DNA of 63,755 nucleotides, counting the filler, from Chrysochromulina tobinii (taxonomy: Eukaryota), in assembly GCA_001275005.1 (NCBI GenBank). It is 5 parts of 5 records of this genome, joined end to end, with 100 filler letters (N's around TTAATTAATTAA, not from the genome) between each part and the next. Parts side by side here need not be neighbours in the genome. Positions count along the whole stretch, not along the records: positions 38,125 to 49,108 come from JWZX01000211.1; positions 49,209 to 57,754 come from JWZX01000212.1; 3 more parts are not named here. One strand, 5' to 3'. Made by a program: the position numbers and the translations under genes. The notes under the pieces are model-generated. The model was not told the origin of the DNA. It ran no database searches and saw only the letters and a list, made by a program, of their open reading frames with translations. Shown here piece by piece: positions 42,901 to 52,289 of this stretch (the first letter of the stretch is position 1; each line of letters begins with the position of its first letter).

Positions 42901-45136
42901 CGAGCTCCAGACGGTATTGGTGCCCCACCTCATCTCGTTGCCCATGGGCTTCGCTTCGGTACGGAATGAACTGTACCGTCTCCAGACGCTGGGATGGTAC
43001 AGGTTCTTCGACGGGCTGCCGTTCTGGCCGATCTACATCAACGGCCAGGGAGCGACGTCGCGCAAGATGGAGGACCGCTACCGGCGGACCACGGAGTGCG
43101 GAGGGCCGCGGCGCCCGACATTTGACGGCAGCGGGCTGCGCGCGCTCTCGCTCAACGAGGCCTCGAGGGTCCGGCACATGCCGATCTGGTACCAGCTTCG
43201 ATTCGACCCGCCGTGGCAGAAATACCTTCAAGAACGGGCGCTCGACGTACCTCTCGAGTGGGGTATGCCTTCGCAACGTCCGCCGGAGCTCAAGCCGACG
43301 CTCAAAGGGGTCATGCGAGACCTCTCTATCCTGCTGGCGGCGGCGCGCCACCTCGACGAGCCCCTTTACGTCTTCGGCGACGACGCCAAGGACTATTTTA
43401 ACCAGCTCGCGATAGCTTCGGAGGACTGGTGGAAACTGGGCGTCGTCTTCCTTCACGCAGAGGAAGTCGGAGCGCCGCGCTCGGCGCATGAGCGGCTCTT
43501 CTTCGTCTCCGAGCGGCGCCTGGGCTTCGGCGCACGCCCGTCGTCGAACATTGCGCAGCGGTTCAGCGAAGCGCTCCTGCACTTCCTGCGGCAAGACATG
43601 GACGCCGCCGAGGCGGGTGTACCTGTCGACGTGCGACCATCCGCCGCGTACTGGCGCGCCGCTCGCGCCTCGATCCACCGACAGGAGCCAGCAGAGCACC
43701 TAGCCCAATCTCGCCTCTACATCGCGCACATGTACACCGATGACCCCATCTTTGCAGTCGTCGGGGTGCAGCGAGCGATACGGCTGCTCAAAGCCTGGAT
43801 GCGCCTGGTCACCGAGCTGCGTATGATCATGGCCATCGAGGAGAAGCGACATTTAGGCACGTGGGTGCCCTGGCTGGGCGTTCTCCTGCTCGCCGGTTTG
43901 GGCATGGTGCTCATACCCAAAGCCAAACTACTACGCACCGTGGAGCGGGTCGACGAGCTGCTCACGAACGGCATGCCCTTCCAGGACTATCGCTCGCTCG
44001 TCGGCCTGCTTGAGCACCTGCGGTGCATCTACGGTGCTCAGCGATCGGCCATGTACGGCCTCTATGCCCCGCACGGCTCCCTCCGTGTGCGCCTCGAAGG
44101 ACCAGCCGCGCTTATCCGCCCGAACGGGTTCCAAACCGAGCAGCTCCAGCGGCACCGCAAGCTGCTCATGAGTACGGGAGGCGCGCCGGTGACGGCGGCC
44201 CTGCGACGTGGCGACGGTGCGGCGGCTCCGCCCTTTGCGGTCAAATTCGTGGTATCTGCCGACGCGGCCACCGACAGCGCACCGCCAGGCATCGGCGGTT
44301 TCTGCCACGGGCTCTATTGGTATGCCCCGATCCAGGAAGAGTGGCTACTGTACCTGCACATCACTGTGCTCGAGCTGCTCGCCACGGGGCTGGGCGCCAT
44401 CATCCTAGCGCCGTACCTACGGCACGCCCAACGCATCCGCTTGCAAAGTGACGCGCTAGCGACCCCTTTTGTGCTATCTCGCCATGGAGCGCACAGCGCA
44501 ATGCTCATGCTGGCTCACCACCGGCTGCTGCAGGACGACCGCTATGCCGCCGTAGCGGCGAACGCCGACATCCAGCACCTCGACGGCGACAGTAACGCCT
44601 TCAGCGACAGCGTGTCGCGAGGGCTCTGGCAACGCTTTCTTCTGCTCTGCCGCGCCGCGAACATACAGCCAGTGCGAGTGCAAGTGCCGCAGCATGCCCT
44701 GGAGCTCCTGCGCGGGGTGGCGGATGAGGCGCGCCTCGCCGGCGTGCAAATACGACGATCGCAGTACGTGCGCCCGAGCCCAGTATTGCCACCGGCGATG
44801 CTCATGCTCGGCCGCCGCTCGACAGCCTGCGAAGAAGCCGATGCCGTAGCGAAGATCAGCCCTCGCCTGGCGGCGGCGCTGCGCGCGGCGGTAGTGGCAC
44901 AGCCCGAGCGCACAACGCACGGTACGCCGGCGGCGCGAGCCATCTCTGCGCGGCTGGCCAGCCGTCTCCGCGGGGAAGTGGCGGCAGAGCCGCCCAAGCA
45001 ATCGACGCCGAACATGCCATCGATGGCCGCGCCCAAAGCCGCCCAGGTGCGCCCCGCGTGCACCGACCGAACGGGTCGTCGCCCCTCGCCCGCTAGCCGC
45101 AAGGCAAGGGAAGCTCTCGCTCACCACCATAGGTAA
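39950..45136 (+). CDS. Pol: cytosine-methyltransferase-like domain + reverse transcriptase + RNase H
   Basis: RT: FGDDAKDYFNQL (~43379), LGFGARPSSNIAQRFS, MYTDD (43733-43744). RNase H: VSADAATD, ITVLELLA, LQSDA, SNAFSDSVSR. MTase-like domain at 40847-41410. Confidence 0.9.
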   Translation: MQLVDDGAVLSLWCTFMVWLGVWIRMKAHEGATTRRALPPLEGSICYNEPSARLADGAAIRVDRALTVTLTSMTSMTVMRRAPPAAIRVDPAGGGTRVTSMTVQLRGAPPAAIRVEAAGGDTRAAIRVDRALAAQSPVPLRSVSAALAGSSSLLAGSPSRPRDSRMTRTRGGGEPEEDGVSRPALHSSVRVDRRLLSSPALSATRAREAQGSASVLPLSPSHTLSRHGYMGTEEGRSEAASRPLSTHDVTTDSAPADTAFARSWCRSTEARACFDSFAWPLRSRAEVCRLLASRVLTPTWLLLGEFSGAFSRVCETQRGVVVLSVDLREPEREGLHFCGSFHEIFDLAAWDFVAAWPSCTHTAYSNGDLRVAKALDGRAFWGHVGVLYVLLAGEAKGRLVEQPDSDFHRLFATPRVRVRTEHYGDAHAKTINLYLVGVSLPGLAAEHRTVPLADHVRRPAHWEFADAEARDRFRSSWEHFPLFMNALVFCLSLCEAPPPPTPFEEGLEALACAWHDAGWPVPAGYDACRDGLPTDAAAREYQAVRGPGDNRRPPRVIPFARRSDLASDGHTLIALPPRAEAGVADLRRLASAQVVTLAELTASGVALFFVTYLLQPLVFAHVNGFQVLGAELPITSGRATPMRLLEQWAELAFSADATATTFMIGRYSQDGPRLGVCLLPFAPAASMIVRNVAQRRRRLGLGATFLWCTLASLAGTLLADPVARAFASVEAAAGPVTHMPDLMHEGELLHPVFRVGATPSASMVGMRPISYDPGSVGHALRRDAAHQLLLRRELEVGAGADDPLLKGWAERIRPPPQELLDLVRVQLPDMLAPDLLSLPYTPIYVPPETPYLPRMPAQLPAVTPFCVRSAMELLEDAARHSVHSWLSRALDQLRCIEEHPREHTGCELLRPPPLVLGQEAMLPWARGRVWDLTFERASCAVPLDMTLPLDSNFDLSRLRERLHGYPDQNLISNLLEGIRFEADVELQTVLVPHLISLPMGFASVRNELYRLQTLGWYRFFDGLPFWPIYINGQGATSRKMEDRYRRTTECGGPRRPTFDGSGLRALSLNEASRVRHMPIWYQLRFDPPWQKYLQERALDVPLEWGMPSQRPPELKPTLKGVMRDLSILLAAARHLDEPLYVFGDDAKDYFNQLAIASEDWWKLGVVFLHAEEVGAPRSAHERLFFVSERRLGFGARPSSNIAQRFSEALLHFLRQDMDAAEAGVPVDVRPSAAYWRAARASIHRQEPAEHLAQSRLYIAHMYTDDPIFAVVGVQRAIRLLKAWMRLVTELRMIMAIEEKRHLGTWVPWLGVLLLAGLGMVLIPKAKLLRTVERVDELLTNGMPFQDYRSLVGLLEHLRCIYGAQRSAMYGLYAPHGSLRVRLEGPAALIRPNGFQTEQLQRHRKLLMSTGGAPVTAALRRGDGAAAPPFAVKFVVSADAATDSAPPGIGGFCHGLYWYAPIQEEWLLYLHITVLELLATGLGAIILAPYLRHAQRIRLQSDALATPFVLSRHGAHSAMLMLAHHRLLQDDRYAAVAANADIQHLDGDSNAFSDSVSRGLWQRFLLLCRAANIQPVRVQVPQHALELLRGVADEARLAGVQIRRSQYVRPSPVLPPAMLMLGRRSTACEEADAVAKISPRLAAALRAAVVAQPERTTHGTPAARAISARLASRLRGEVAAEPPKQSTPNMPSMAAPKAAQVRPACTDRTGRRPSPASRKAREALAHHHR

Positions 45137-45275
45137 GCTGCGCCTCCTTGCTCTCCCCCGACCGGTCACCGCGGCGCCTTCGCCGGCTCGCGACGCGCTA
45201 AGAGCCGCCGCGGGCACGCAAGCGCACAGGCGTGCCGCTCTTTTCGCCAAGGCCGGCTTTGGTGCCAACCACAAC

Positions 45276-46802
45276 GTGGACCAGCTCGCAGAACTTCTCA
45301 AGCATGCAAGTGACCTGCCAGACTTCGGAGTCTCGCACGGCACCAGACGGAAAAACGAAGCGGCGTGGGCGCACTGGGAACAGTTTTCAGAACTAGTCGG
45401 CTTCGACCCGCTGCTCTCCGCAGAGCAAGCGCGCAACTACCCCAGTGAAGTTGGCACTTTGCTTGCCACCTTCTTGCTCTATATCTATCCCAAGATGAAG
45501 GGCAAGCGCGGCCGGCAATGGGCCTCTCCGCGCAGCGCGTTCGCCTATGTCTTGTCGATCATCCGAATCTTCCGAGAGTGGAAGATCATTCTGCCGCCCG
45601 CAAAAGTCGTGCAAGGCGAGCTGCACGGTCTGCTACGCGCTTTCGTCGGTGTGTACGGAGCGCACGCCCTGATGCCCCAGAGACGCGAACCCTTCCGCTT
45701 CTCCATGGTGCAAGACCTGCTCAGGCACCCGAAGGACCGGCTTGGCGCACGCAGCTACGATCCAGCCAGTACCATCGGGTGGGCCTTTCGAGGCATGCTT
45801 GCGCTCGGCTGGCGCACCGGCCATCGATTGGCCGAATTCGTCGCCCACCCGTCGGGCGAAGTGTGCTACGTAACGCGCCACGACGTGACGTACCTGATCG
45901 CAGGTGTGCCCGTCGCAGACCCGACGCCGGCGCAGCTCGCCCTGCTGCGTCCCGGCGACACGATCCTCATAGCGCCACCGCGTTCAAAGACGGACCAGTT
46001 TGGAGAAATCCACTCCCCCTTCCCATCGGCGATCGCCTACTCCGCCGATACCAACAGCGCCGGCTACATCATCCAGCAAATCGAACTCCTGCGACCTGTG
46101 CACGGACGCAGCCGAGAGAGCACGCCGCTGTTTGCCGATGAGTCGGGCCTGCCCTACACGCACAGCGTCATGGACACGCTCCTGCACGCCGCCCTCGTGC
46201 GCCTGTACGGCGAGCAGGTAGCCTCATGCTACTCGTGGCATTCGCTTCGCTCTGGCCTCGCCACGGCGCTCAAGGCGGCAGGTTGCGCCGACGACGTCAT
46301 ACAGATGATATGCCGCTGGGCAAACCCGGAGTCGCTCAAGGTTTATGCCCGCCACGGCACATCGCTGCACATAAACTGGGTAGACCGCGCCGAAAAAGCC
46401 GTGATCGACGCGATCCTATCCTCCAGTGTGCCAAAGGTGTGCAACAGCGAAGGCAACATCGCCCTGCAGCACCACTTCGGAGGCACCGTCCCAACGCGGG
46501 CCAGACACGTTCTCGACAACGCAGACCGGGATGCAGGCGATGCAACCGCCCCACCGCCGGCGCCCCCCGATGCGTCCCCGCTCACCCACACCAACGCCAC
46601 AGGGCGTCGCGTGCGAGTGCCCGCGGCATGCTGGCCGACCTACCCCTGCACCGAACACGCAGGGCTCGGTTGGACGGCGCACATCATCTCGGTGCACCAA
46701 CCAACCAGCGCCGCAACCCTACGCTTCGCCGAAGCAACGGATGACCGCGGCCTCCCTTTCGCAGATGTCCAGCTCCACCTAGGAACCCTCGTACCTTTCT
46801 AA
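45276..46802 (+). CDS. Tyrosine recombinase ORF3 (frame open from 44895)
   Basis: Catalytic R (TGHRLAE), K (RSKTDQ), HxxR (HSLR, 46239), RW and Y (LKVY, 46344). Confidence 0.92.
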   Translation: MDQLAELLKHASDLPDFGVSHGTRRKNEAAWAHWEQFSELVGFDPLLSAEQARNYPSEVGTLLATFLLYIYPKMKGKRGRQWASPRSAFAYVLSIIRIFREWKIILPPAKVVQGELHGLLRAFVGVYGAHALMPQRREPFRFSMVQDLLRHPKDRLGARSYDPASTIGWAFRGMLALGWRTGHRLAEFVAHPSGEVCYVTRHDVTYLIAGVPVADPTPAQLALLRPGDTILIAPPRSKTDQFGEIHSPFPSAIAYSADTNSAGYIIQQIELLRPVHGRSRESTPLFADESGLPYTHSVMDTLLHAALVRLYGEQVASCYSWHSLRSGLATALKAAGCADDVIQMICRWANPESLKVYARHGTSLHINWVDRAEKAVIDAILSSSVPKVCNSEGNIALQHHFGGTVPTRARHVLDNADRDAGDATAPPPAPPDASPLTHTNATGRRVRVPAACWPTYPCTEHAGLGWTAHIISVHQPTSAATLRFAEATDDRGLPFADVQLHLGTLVPF

Positions 46803-46990
46803 CTCCATATCCACGTCACAGACCAGCCGTCGTCGACGAACGGCAGCCTTCATGAAACGCCTCGAGCGTGGATAACTCGGCTGCCAGCAAAACAATAACC
46901 CACCCTCCCACCCTATATGGGATTCTACACCAGTGACCGCACGACGCCGCCCAACCGCCAATACCACCGCCCCTCGGCACACCACACTAT

Positions 46991-47460
46991 GGGACTCAGA
47001 GCCAGCCCCTGGCCGGCTCTCGGGGCTGTTTATTCATAACCATCCCTTTAAGTGTGATGCACAGAGAAGACGGTGAGTTCTAGCGCCTCGGCGCTAGATT
47101 GGTTGTCTTCCAGGGCAAACAACGCAACTTTGGGCGGAGGCGCGGCGGCTCGACTAGCCGACCGCGCCGGCGGGCGGGTATGCATGCATGCATGATACAT
47201 ATCATAACCCTCAGGTAACAGTCTGTACTATTCCTGTGGGAAAAGCGCAAGTGTGAGGGGACCTCGTCGCTAGGCCTTGTCGCTTTCGTGCCACGCGCCT
47301 GTGTGAGATCGCCCCGAGCGGCTCTCTCACCGCGTGTTTGTCGTGCCCCACCCTCCCGGACCCGTACTGTCTAGAATAGGGGACTCAGAGCCAGCCCCTG
47401 GCCGGCTCTCGGGGCTGTTTATTCATAACCATCCCTTTAAGTGTGATGCACAGAGAAGAC
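46991..47460 (+). repeat. Split direct repeats: B1 46991-47071, A2 47072-47379, B2 47380-47460
   Basis: Identical 81-bp sequence GGGACTCAGAGCC...CACAGAGAAGAC occurs twice, 308 bp apart. Confidence 0.92.
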
Positions 47461-47532
47461 CTCTTCACATGTTCGGGCGCGGAAAGATTCGTCAGGCAAA
47501 AGTCTGGAACGAGAGCGACCCTTCCAAAGGTG

Positions 47533-47832
47533 ATGCGCAGCGTTCTTGCGTTCCTCCTCGCGAGCTCGGCGAGTGCGCTGCAGCTATCCTCGCCCAAAGC
47601 CCTTCTGCACAAGTACAAGAAAGAGTTCTGAGGCGGGTGAGGGTACAAGAAGTAGGCGACAGCTCTCGAGGAATACGTGGCCGGGCGATTTGGTTTCAGC
47701 GTGGCATTCTCATGCCTCAAAGCGCCCACGACGACTGGCTGCTTTGAGGTGTCGGTCGCCCTTCCCGGAGTTTCGTCGTGGCCGCCCCCGCCAGTGGCGG
47801 AGAAGAATTATCTGTTGACGGTTGTCCATTGA
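47533..47832 (+). pseudogene. SelW/Rdx-family selenoprotein-like frame with UxxU motif, likely degenerate
   Basis: MRSVLAFLLASSASA-LQ...EF(TGA)GG(TGA)GYKK(TAG)ATALEEYVAGRFG...TTTGCFEVSV aligns by eye to SelW YCGAUGY...TGFFEVMV. Confidence 0.7.
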
Positions 47833-47856
47833 GTTCACCCTGGCTGCAGGGGCCCC

Positions 47857-47971
47857 AAAACACGAAAACACAAAACACAGCCCACAGGCGAGCAAGGCCA
47901 AAACACAAAAACACAAAACACACGCCCTGCGGGCGAGGCTAAAACACGAAAACACAAAGCACCAAAACACA
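47857..47971. repeat. Three blocks of AAAACAC(G/A)-type repeats
   Basis: AAAACACGAAAACACAAAACAC-like block occurs three times with short GC-rich spacers. Confidence 0.85.
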
Positions 47972-47986
47972 GGGGGGATCAAGGGC

Positions 47987-48213
47987 TCATTTGGTTTTCG
48001 ACCACCTTTTTGGTGTAAAATGGCGACTTCGCGGCCGTCCCGCGCGGCCGAGCGCGTACATGCGGGGGCGCGAGACTTTCAGGGATGCTAAATCAACCCA
48101 CCGTCCGGGTCCGGTACCGCTTCTCCGAGCTCAACGCGTGCGCGCGCTGGCGCTGAAGAGCTTCATCTTGAGAGCACCAAGCTCTTTTCAGCAGATGGTC
48201 GAAAACCAAATGA
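47987..48213. mobile_element. MITE-like element (227 bp) with 18-bp terminal inverted repeats
   Basis: TCATTTGGTTTTCGACCA (47987-48004) and TGGTCGAAAACCAAATGA (48196-48213) are perfect inverted repeats, flanked by AGGGC/AGGGT (possible TSD). Confidence 0.7.
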
Positions 48214-48474
48214 AGGGTATGTTGGTGCTTCACTGCCGCTCCTGCGCATGCGCCCTGCTAGCCATGAGCATCTTGTAACGTAACTGTAACACCGGACGGC
48301 ATGCAATTCTTCGTCGGGCGGGCGTTGGCCGTTTTGTAACGAAACTGTAACACTTGTTACTGCGTCTCGATCAGCTTCCGGCAAAGTCTCATCCGTCGCT
48401 GTATTGCGTCTTGCCCTCTTGCCTGCGTCGCTGAAGGACCACCCATACTGTAACATTTTGCGACTCTTGTCGAT

Positions 48475-49108
48475 ATGCGCCCCACGACCCTTCTCCGTGC
48501 GGGGCTGCTGCTTGCAGTGGCCTCTGGACAGCTGCCCCCCCCGCCGGCGTCGCCCCCCCGGCCGCCATCGCTGCCGCCTAATTGCCGCTGCAACAACGAG
48601 TGTTTGGGAGCTCCCCAGTACGCCGAGGACGGCACCTGCGACGACGGCGGTGTGGGCAGCACATATTCTGACTGCGAGCTAGGCACGGACTGCGAGGATT
48701 GTGACTTCCAAGTACGCTGCTTGGTGCCGCCGAGTCCGCCGCCGCAGCCACCCAAGCTGCCACCAGATCCCCCGCCGAGGTCGCCGTCGCCATGCCCCCC
48801 GCCATGCCCCCCACCTCCACGTGCGCTGTCGCCACCGCCACCTCCGCCATCCCCATCGCCGCCTCCGCCGTCTCCGCCTCCGCCGTCGCCATCGCCGCCT
48901 CCACCGTCGCCATCGACGCCTGCGCTGTCGACCCCACAACGGCCGCCACCGCCGCCTGCAACAACGCCGCAGCTTCCGGCGCATTGCACGTGCAACGACC
49001 TGTGCGTTGGCAATCCCACCTTCGCCTCTGATGGCTTTTGCGACGACGGCGGTCCCGGAGCAAGCTTTGCTGAATGCGATCCCGGCACGGATTGCCAGGA
49101 CTGCGGGG
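48475..49108 (+). CDS. Secreted Pro-rich protein with two Cys-rich CDDGG repeats, 3'-partial
   Basis: Signal peptide MRPTTLLRAGLLLAVASG; two copies of CxCNxxC...DGxCDDGGxG...CxxGTDCxDC; runs into the contig end. Confidence 0.85.
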
Positions 49109-49208
49109 NNNNNNNNNNNNNNNNNNNNNNNNNNNNNNNNNNNNNNNNNNNNTTAATTAATTAANNNNNNNNNNNNNNNNNNNNNNNNNNNNNNNNNNNN
49201 NNNNNNNN
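49109..49208. other. Artificial contig-joining spacer
   Basis: N-run, TTAATTAATTAA, N-run. Confidence 0.99.
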
Positions 49209-49468
49209 GAGGGTGGCGGCGAGGGCGACGGCGGCGGCGGAGACGGCGGCGGCGTCGACGGAAGCGGCGGCGGCAGCGGCGGCGGTGAGGATGGCAGCGG
49301 CGGCGAGGGCGGCGGCGGCGAGGGCGGCGGCGAGGGCGACGGCGACGGCGGTGACGGCGGAGGTGGCGACGGAAGCGGCGGTGGCGGCGACGGGGGCGGC
49401 GGCGACGGTGGAGGCGTGCTGCAGTGGCTTGTTGCCACAAGGCCAAGGACGATGTGCACGAGCTTCAT
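49209..49468 (-). CDS. Secreted Pro-rich (PPSPPP) protein, 3'-partial
   Basis: MKLVHIVLGLVATSHCS signal-like sequence followed by PPPSPPPP up to the contig end. Confidence 0.65.
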
Positions 49469-50024
49469 CTTTAGAAGCTAGTATCCCTGAGACGCGTAAA
49501 TTTTTGGTTGCAAGCGTTGCACCGCTTAATGTTCTGTTTCGGGGTCTAACCAGCCAAAACACATTTTTGGAGAGTGTTCATCGTGGATATTTTGGGGGAA
49601 AGAGCCATGTTCACACCGAAGGGTCCCTAACCCCAACGAGAGGACCGACCTTCTGGACCTTGGCTCCTTTCTTGGCTGCAATGCCAAATAGCGTAGGCCA
49701 GCCGGGGCAGAGGGCGGTGGGGCGCCGCGTTTTTTCATCTGAAGGAACCTATTCTGTAATAGCCGATCCGTTTTGAACATACGCCTATAGCCTATACCGT
49801 CGTCAATGTAACATGGAAACATCTCTTGTAGACACAGCTTTAAGGTAGTCCGCTCATGGTGTACATGGGGCGAAACCCCTTGGGCGAAACCTGATCTCTA
49901 AAACCACTGAAGGGATTTGAACGAAACTCAAGCCAGAGGTGTCCCACGCACTCCCATTGAGTTCTAGCATACTCTAGTTCATAAACCAGACAAAACCCTA
50001 ATTTCGCCTAAAAAAGCAAGCGCG

Positions 50025-50209
50025 GGAAGTGCCCCCTGAGACTCAAACCAGCTTATTTTCACTGTTTGGCCCCACCGTACTTGTCCATTCTTTCCCCACC
50101 CTCCCCCGCCCCGGGGGCGGAAGTGCCCCCTGAGACTCGAACCAGCTTATTTTCACTGTTTGGCTTCACCGTTGTCCATTCTTTCCCCACCCTCCCCCGC
50201 CCCGGGGGC
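50025..50209. repeat. ~94-bp tandem duplication (two copies)
   Basis: GGAAGTGCCCCCTGAGACTCRAACCAGCTTATTTTCACTGTTTGGC...CCCCGGGGGC repeated with a few differences. Confidence 0.9.
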
Positions 50210-50502
50210 CTTGGGACTCATTGATTTATGTAGGGCTGATTTCCAAAATTACCCTAATGAGTGCGAGCGGACTACCTTAATCAATGTCTAGATTCTTTTA
50301 CTTTTTCTTCGACAATCGTTAGGAGGGTTTGGGGAGTACCTGTAGGGATCCGAAGCTACAAGCTTCCACACCGCGTCCGACCCGAATCCAGCACGCAGCA
50401 GCCTCCACGCACCGGCACCACGGGCCGCACACTGCCCCGGACTGGCCGCACACCTGACGCTGATCGCTGACCACACCCGCGGCGGTCAGTGTCGCGCATC
50501 CA

Positions 50503-50901
50503 TCACCTAACGACCTCACGCTGGTAGAAGGCACCTTGGAAGGTGGTCGTACTGCCCAGGCAATGGTGATATGCAGTCGTCGAGCGGCTCGGAGATCGCG
50601 CGAGCTGAGGCGCCGCGCAGGCTGGCGCGGGGATGGCGGATGGAGTTGTCGCGACAGCGCGCGCTGCCGGCTGTGTGAGCTGCGGCGCGGTGCCAAGGGG
50701 TGATTGCCACTGCGGAGGCGACGCATGGCGGGCGTCGTGGCGGGCGATCCGATCGAGGGCAGCACGCAAGGGCGACGTTGGCATCGAGGCGCTGGCGCTC
50801 GCCTCTGTCCGAAACGGTCGAGTGAGCGAGGGCAGCCCCGGAGACGTCGTCGGCCGCTGCGGCAAGGGTTCCAGCTGCTGCTGCTGCTGCCGCTGCCGAC
50901 G

Positions 50902-50936
<35 letters not shown>

Positions 50937-51040
50937 TGGCCTGCTTGGCCTGCTTGGCCTGCGCAAGGTGCAGCTGCGCTGTGTGTGCGGCATATTGCTG
51001 GCGTGCGGTCTGCTGCTGCTGCTGCGACTGCTGCGGCTGC

Positions 51041-51074
<34 letters not shown>

Positions 51075-51789
51075 CGCCGCGCTGGTGCTGGTCGTGGTGG
51101 TGGTGGTGGTGCTGTGGCTGCTGCTCGTGCTGCTCCGCTGTCCTGGAGTACTCGATGGCATGGCGCTCCGCCGCACTCAGCCGCCTCGTCGGGCTGCCAC
51201 TGCGAGGGCAAGAGAGCTCGGCACTCTGCGATGCAGGCCGGCTGGGGCTCAGCACGGACCACGGCGCCGCGCCGGTGGTTCGCATGGACTGCTGCATGTG
51301 CTGCCAGAGCATGCGCTGTCGGGAGCCAACGCGCGCAGTCGTCGACGGCCGTCGTCGTCGGTGAGCCCGGGCGATCGCCTGCAGCTCTTCGTGCTGCTGC
51401 CGCCACTTGCTTGCTGGTCGCGGCCGCTCCCACGCCCTCGAGCGTGGGGTGCGTGGTGTAGGAGATGAAGCCTTGCGGCTGCGTCGACCAGCGAGGCACA
51501 CGCGCTCATGCACCGCGAGCCGGTCCGGCGCAAAGGTGCGGCCGCATTTGCAGCAAGGTTTCAGCGTTTGAGCGTGCGCTAGGGCTTCGGCCTCGTCGAG
51601 CAGCACTGGAGCGGAAGGCGACGACGGCGAGGAAGGGTTGCTTGCAGTCGGCGAGCTGGGCTCAACGAGGCCACAGGCATCGAGGGCGATGCACGTTCGG
51701 TCGCGGCAGCGTCGAATGTGGATGGGGAGCGATGCCGACCCGAAGAGCTGACTGCAAAAGGGACAGTTGCGGTAGGAGGGAGGGGCCAT
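50503..51789 (-). CDS. C2HC zinc-finger protein (ZC2HC1/FAM164-like) with polyH/polyQ tracts
   Basis: CPFCSQLF...HIRRC and CCKCGRTFAPDRLAVHERVC, followed by KWRQQHEEL; CAG/CAT microsatellites. Confidence 0.75.
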
Positions 51790-52289
51790 TGTGCAGCGAG
51801 CGAGGAAGCAGTGCGTCGTTTGGGGAAACAGCTGGGCACGGATCCTGGGAGCTCGTGTGGTCGTAGGTGGTGGTCGAAATGCCTCTTACCAAGGCGAGTC
51901 CGAGGAGCCTGTACGACGGTGCTCGGGCTTGTGGAGCGGGTCGCTTTCGTCGATCTCGGTTTCGGGGAAAAAGTAACCGCCGGCGCCGAAAACTTGGCGA
52001 CTTTTCGATACTCGTAGAGATATTTTGCGCGCGCAGCGCGCAACAATATTGCGCCGCGCAGCGGCGCCAACCGGCGCCGCAGGTGCCGCCTGGCGGCGCG
52101 CAGCGCCGCCGTAGGCGGCAAGCTCAGTCCTCACTCCTCAGACGCGTCGATTAAGGCCCCCCCTGAGCCCGTTATTTTGCATAACCAGGCCTGAAAGCAA
52201 GATGCTCGGCCTGCACACCGTGATGGATGCTGCACCACTCGCAATCTTCAAGGTACTCAACATGTACCAGTGGCCACCGCTGCCGCACA

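Larger units (their letters stand above)
38564..47460 (+). mobile_element. Tyrosine-recombinase retrotransposon (DIRS order, split-direct-repeat PAT/Ngaro-like), apparently 5'-truncated
   Basis: gag-like ORF, RT-RNase H ORF and YR ORF in order, followed by an 81-bp direct repeat pair (B1-A2-B2 layout) at the 3' end. Confidence 0.9.

Noticed and set aside
48273..48353. 20-bp direct repeat TTGTAACGWAACTGTAACAC upstream of the 48475 gene
   Set aside because: The repeat is real, but two copies are too few to assign a promoter or transposon role.
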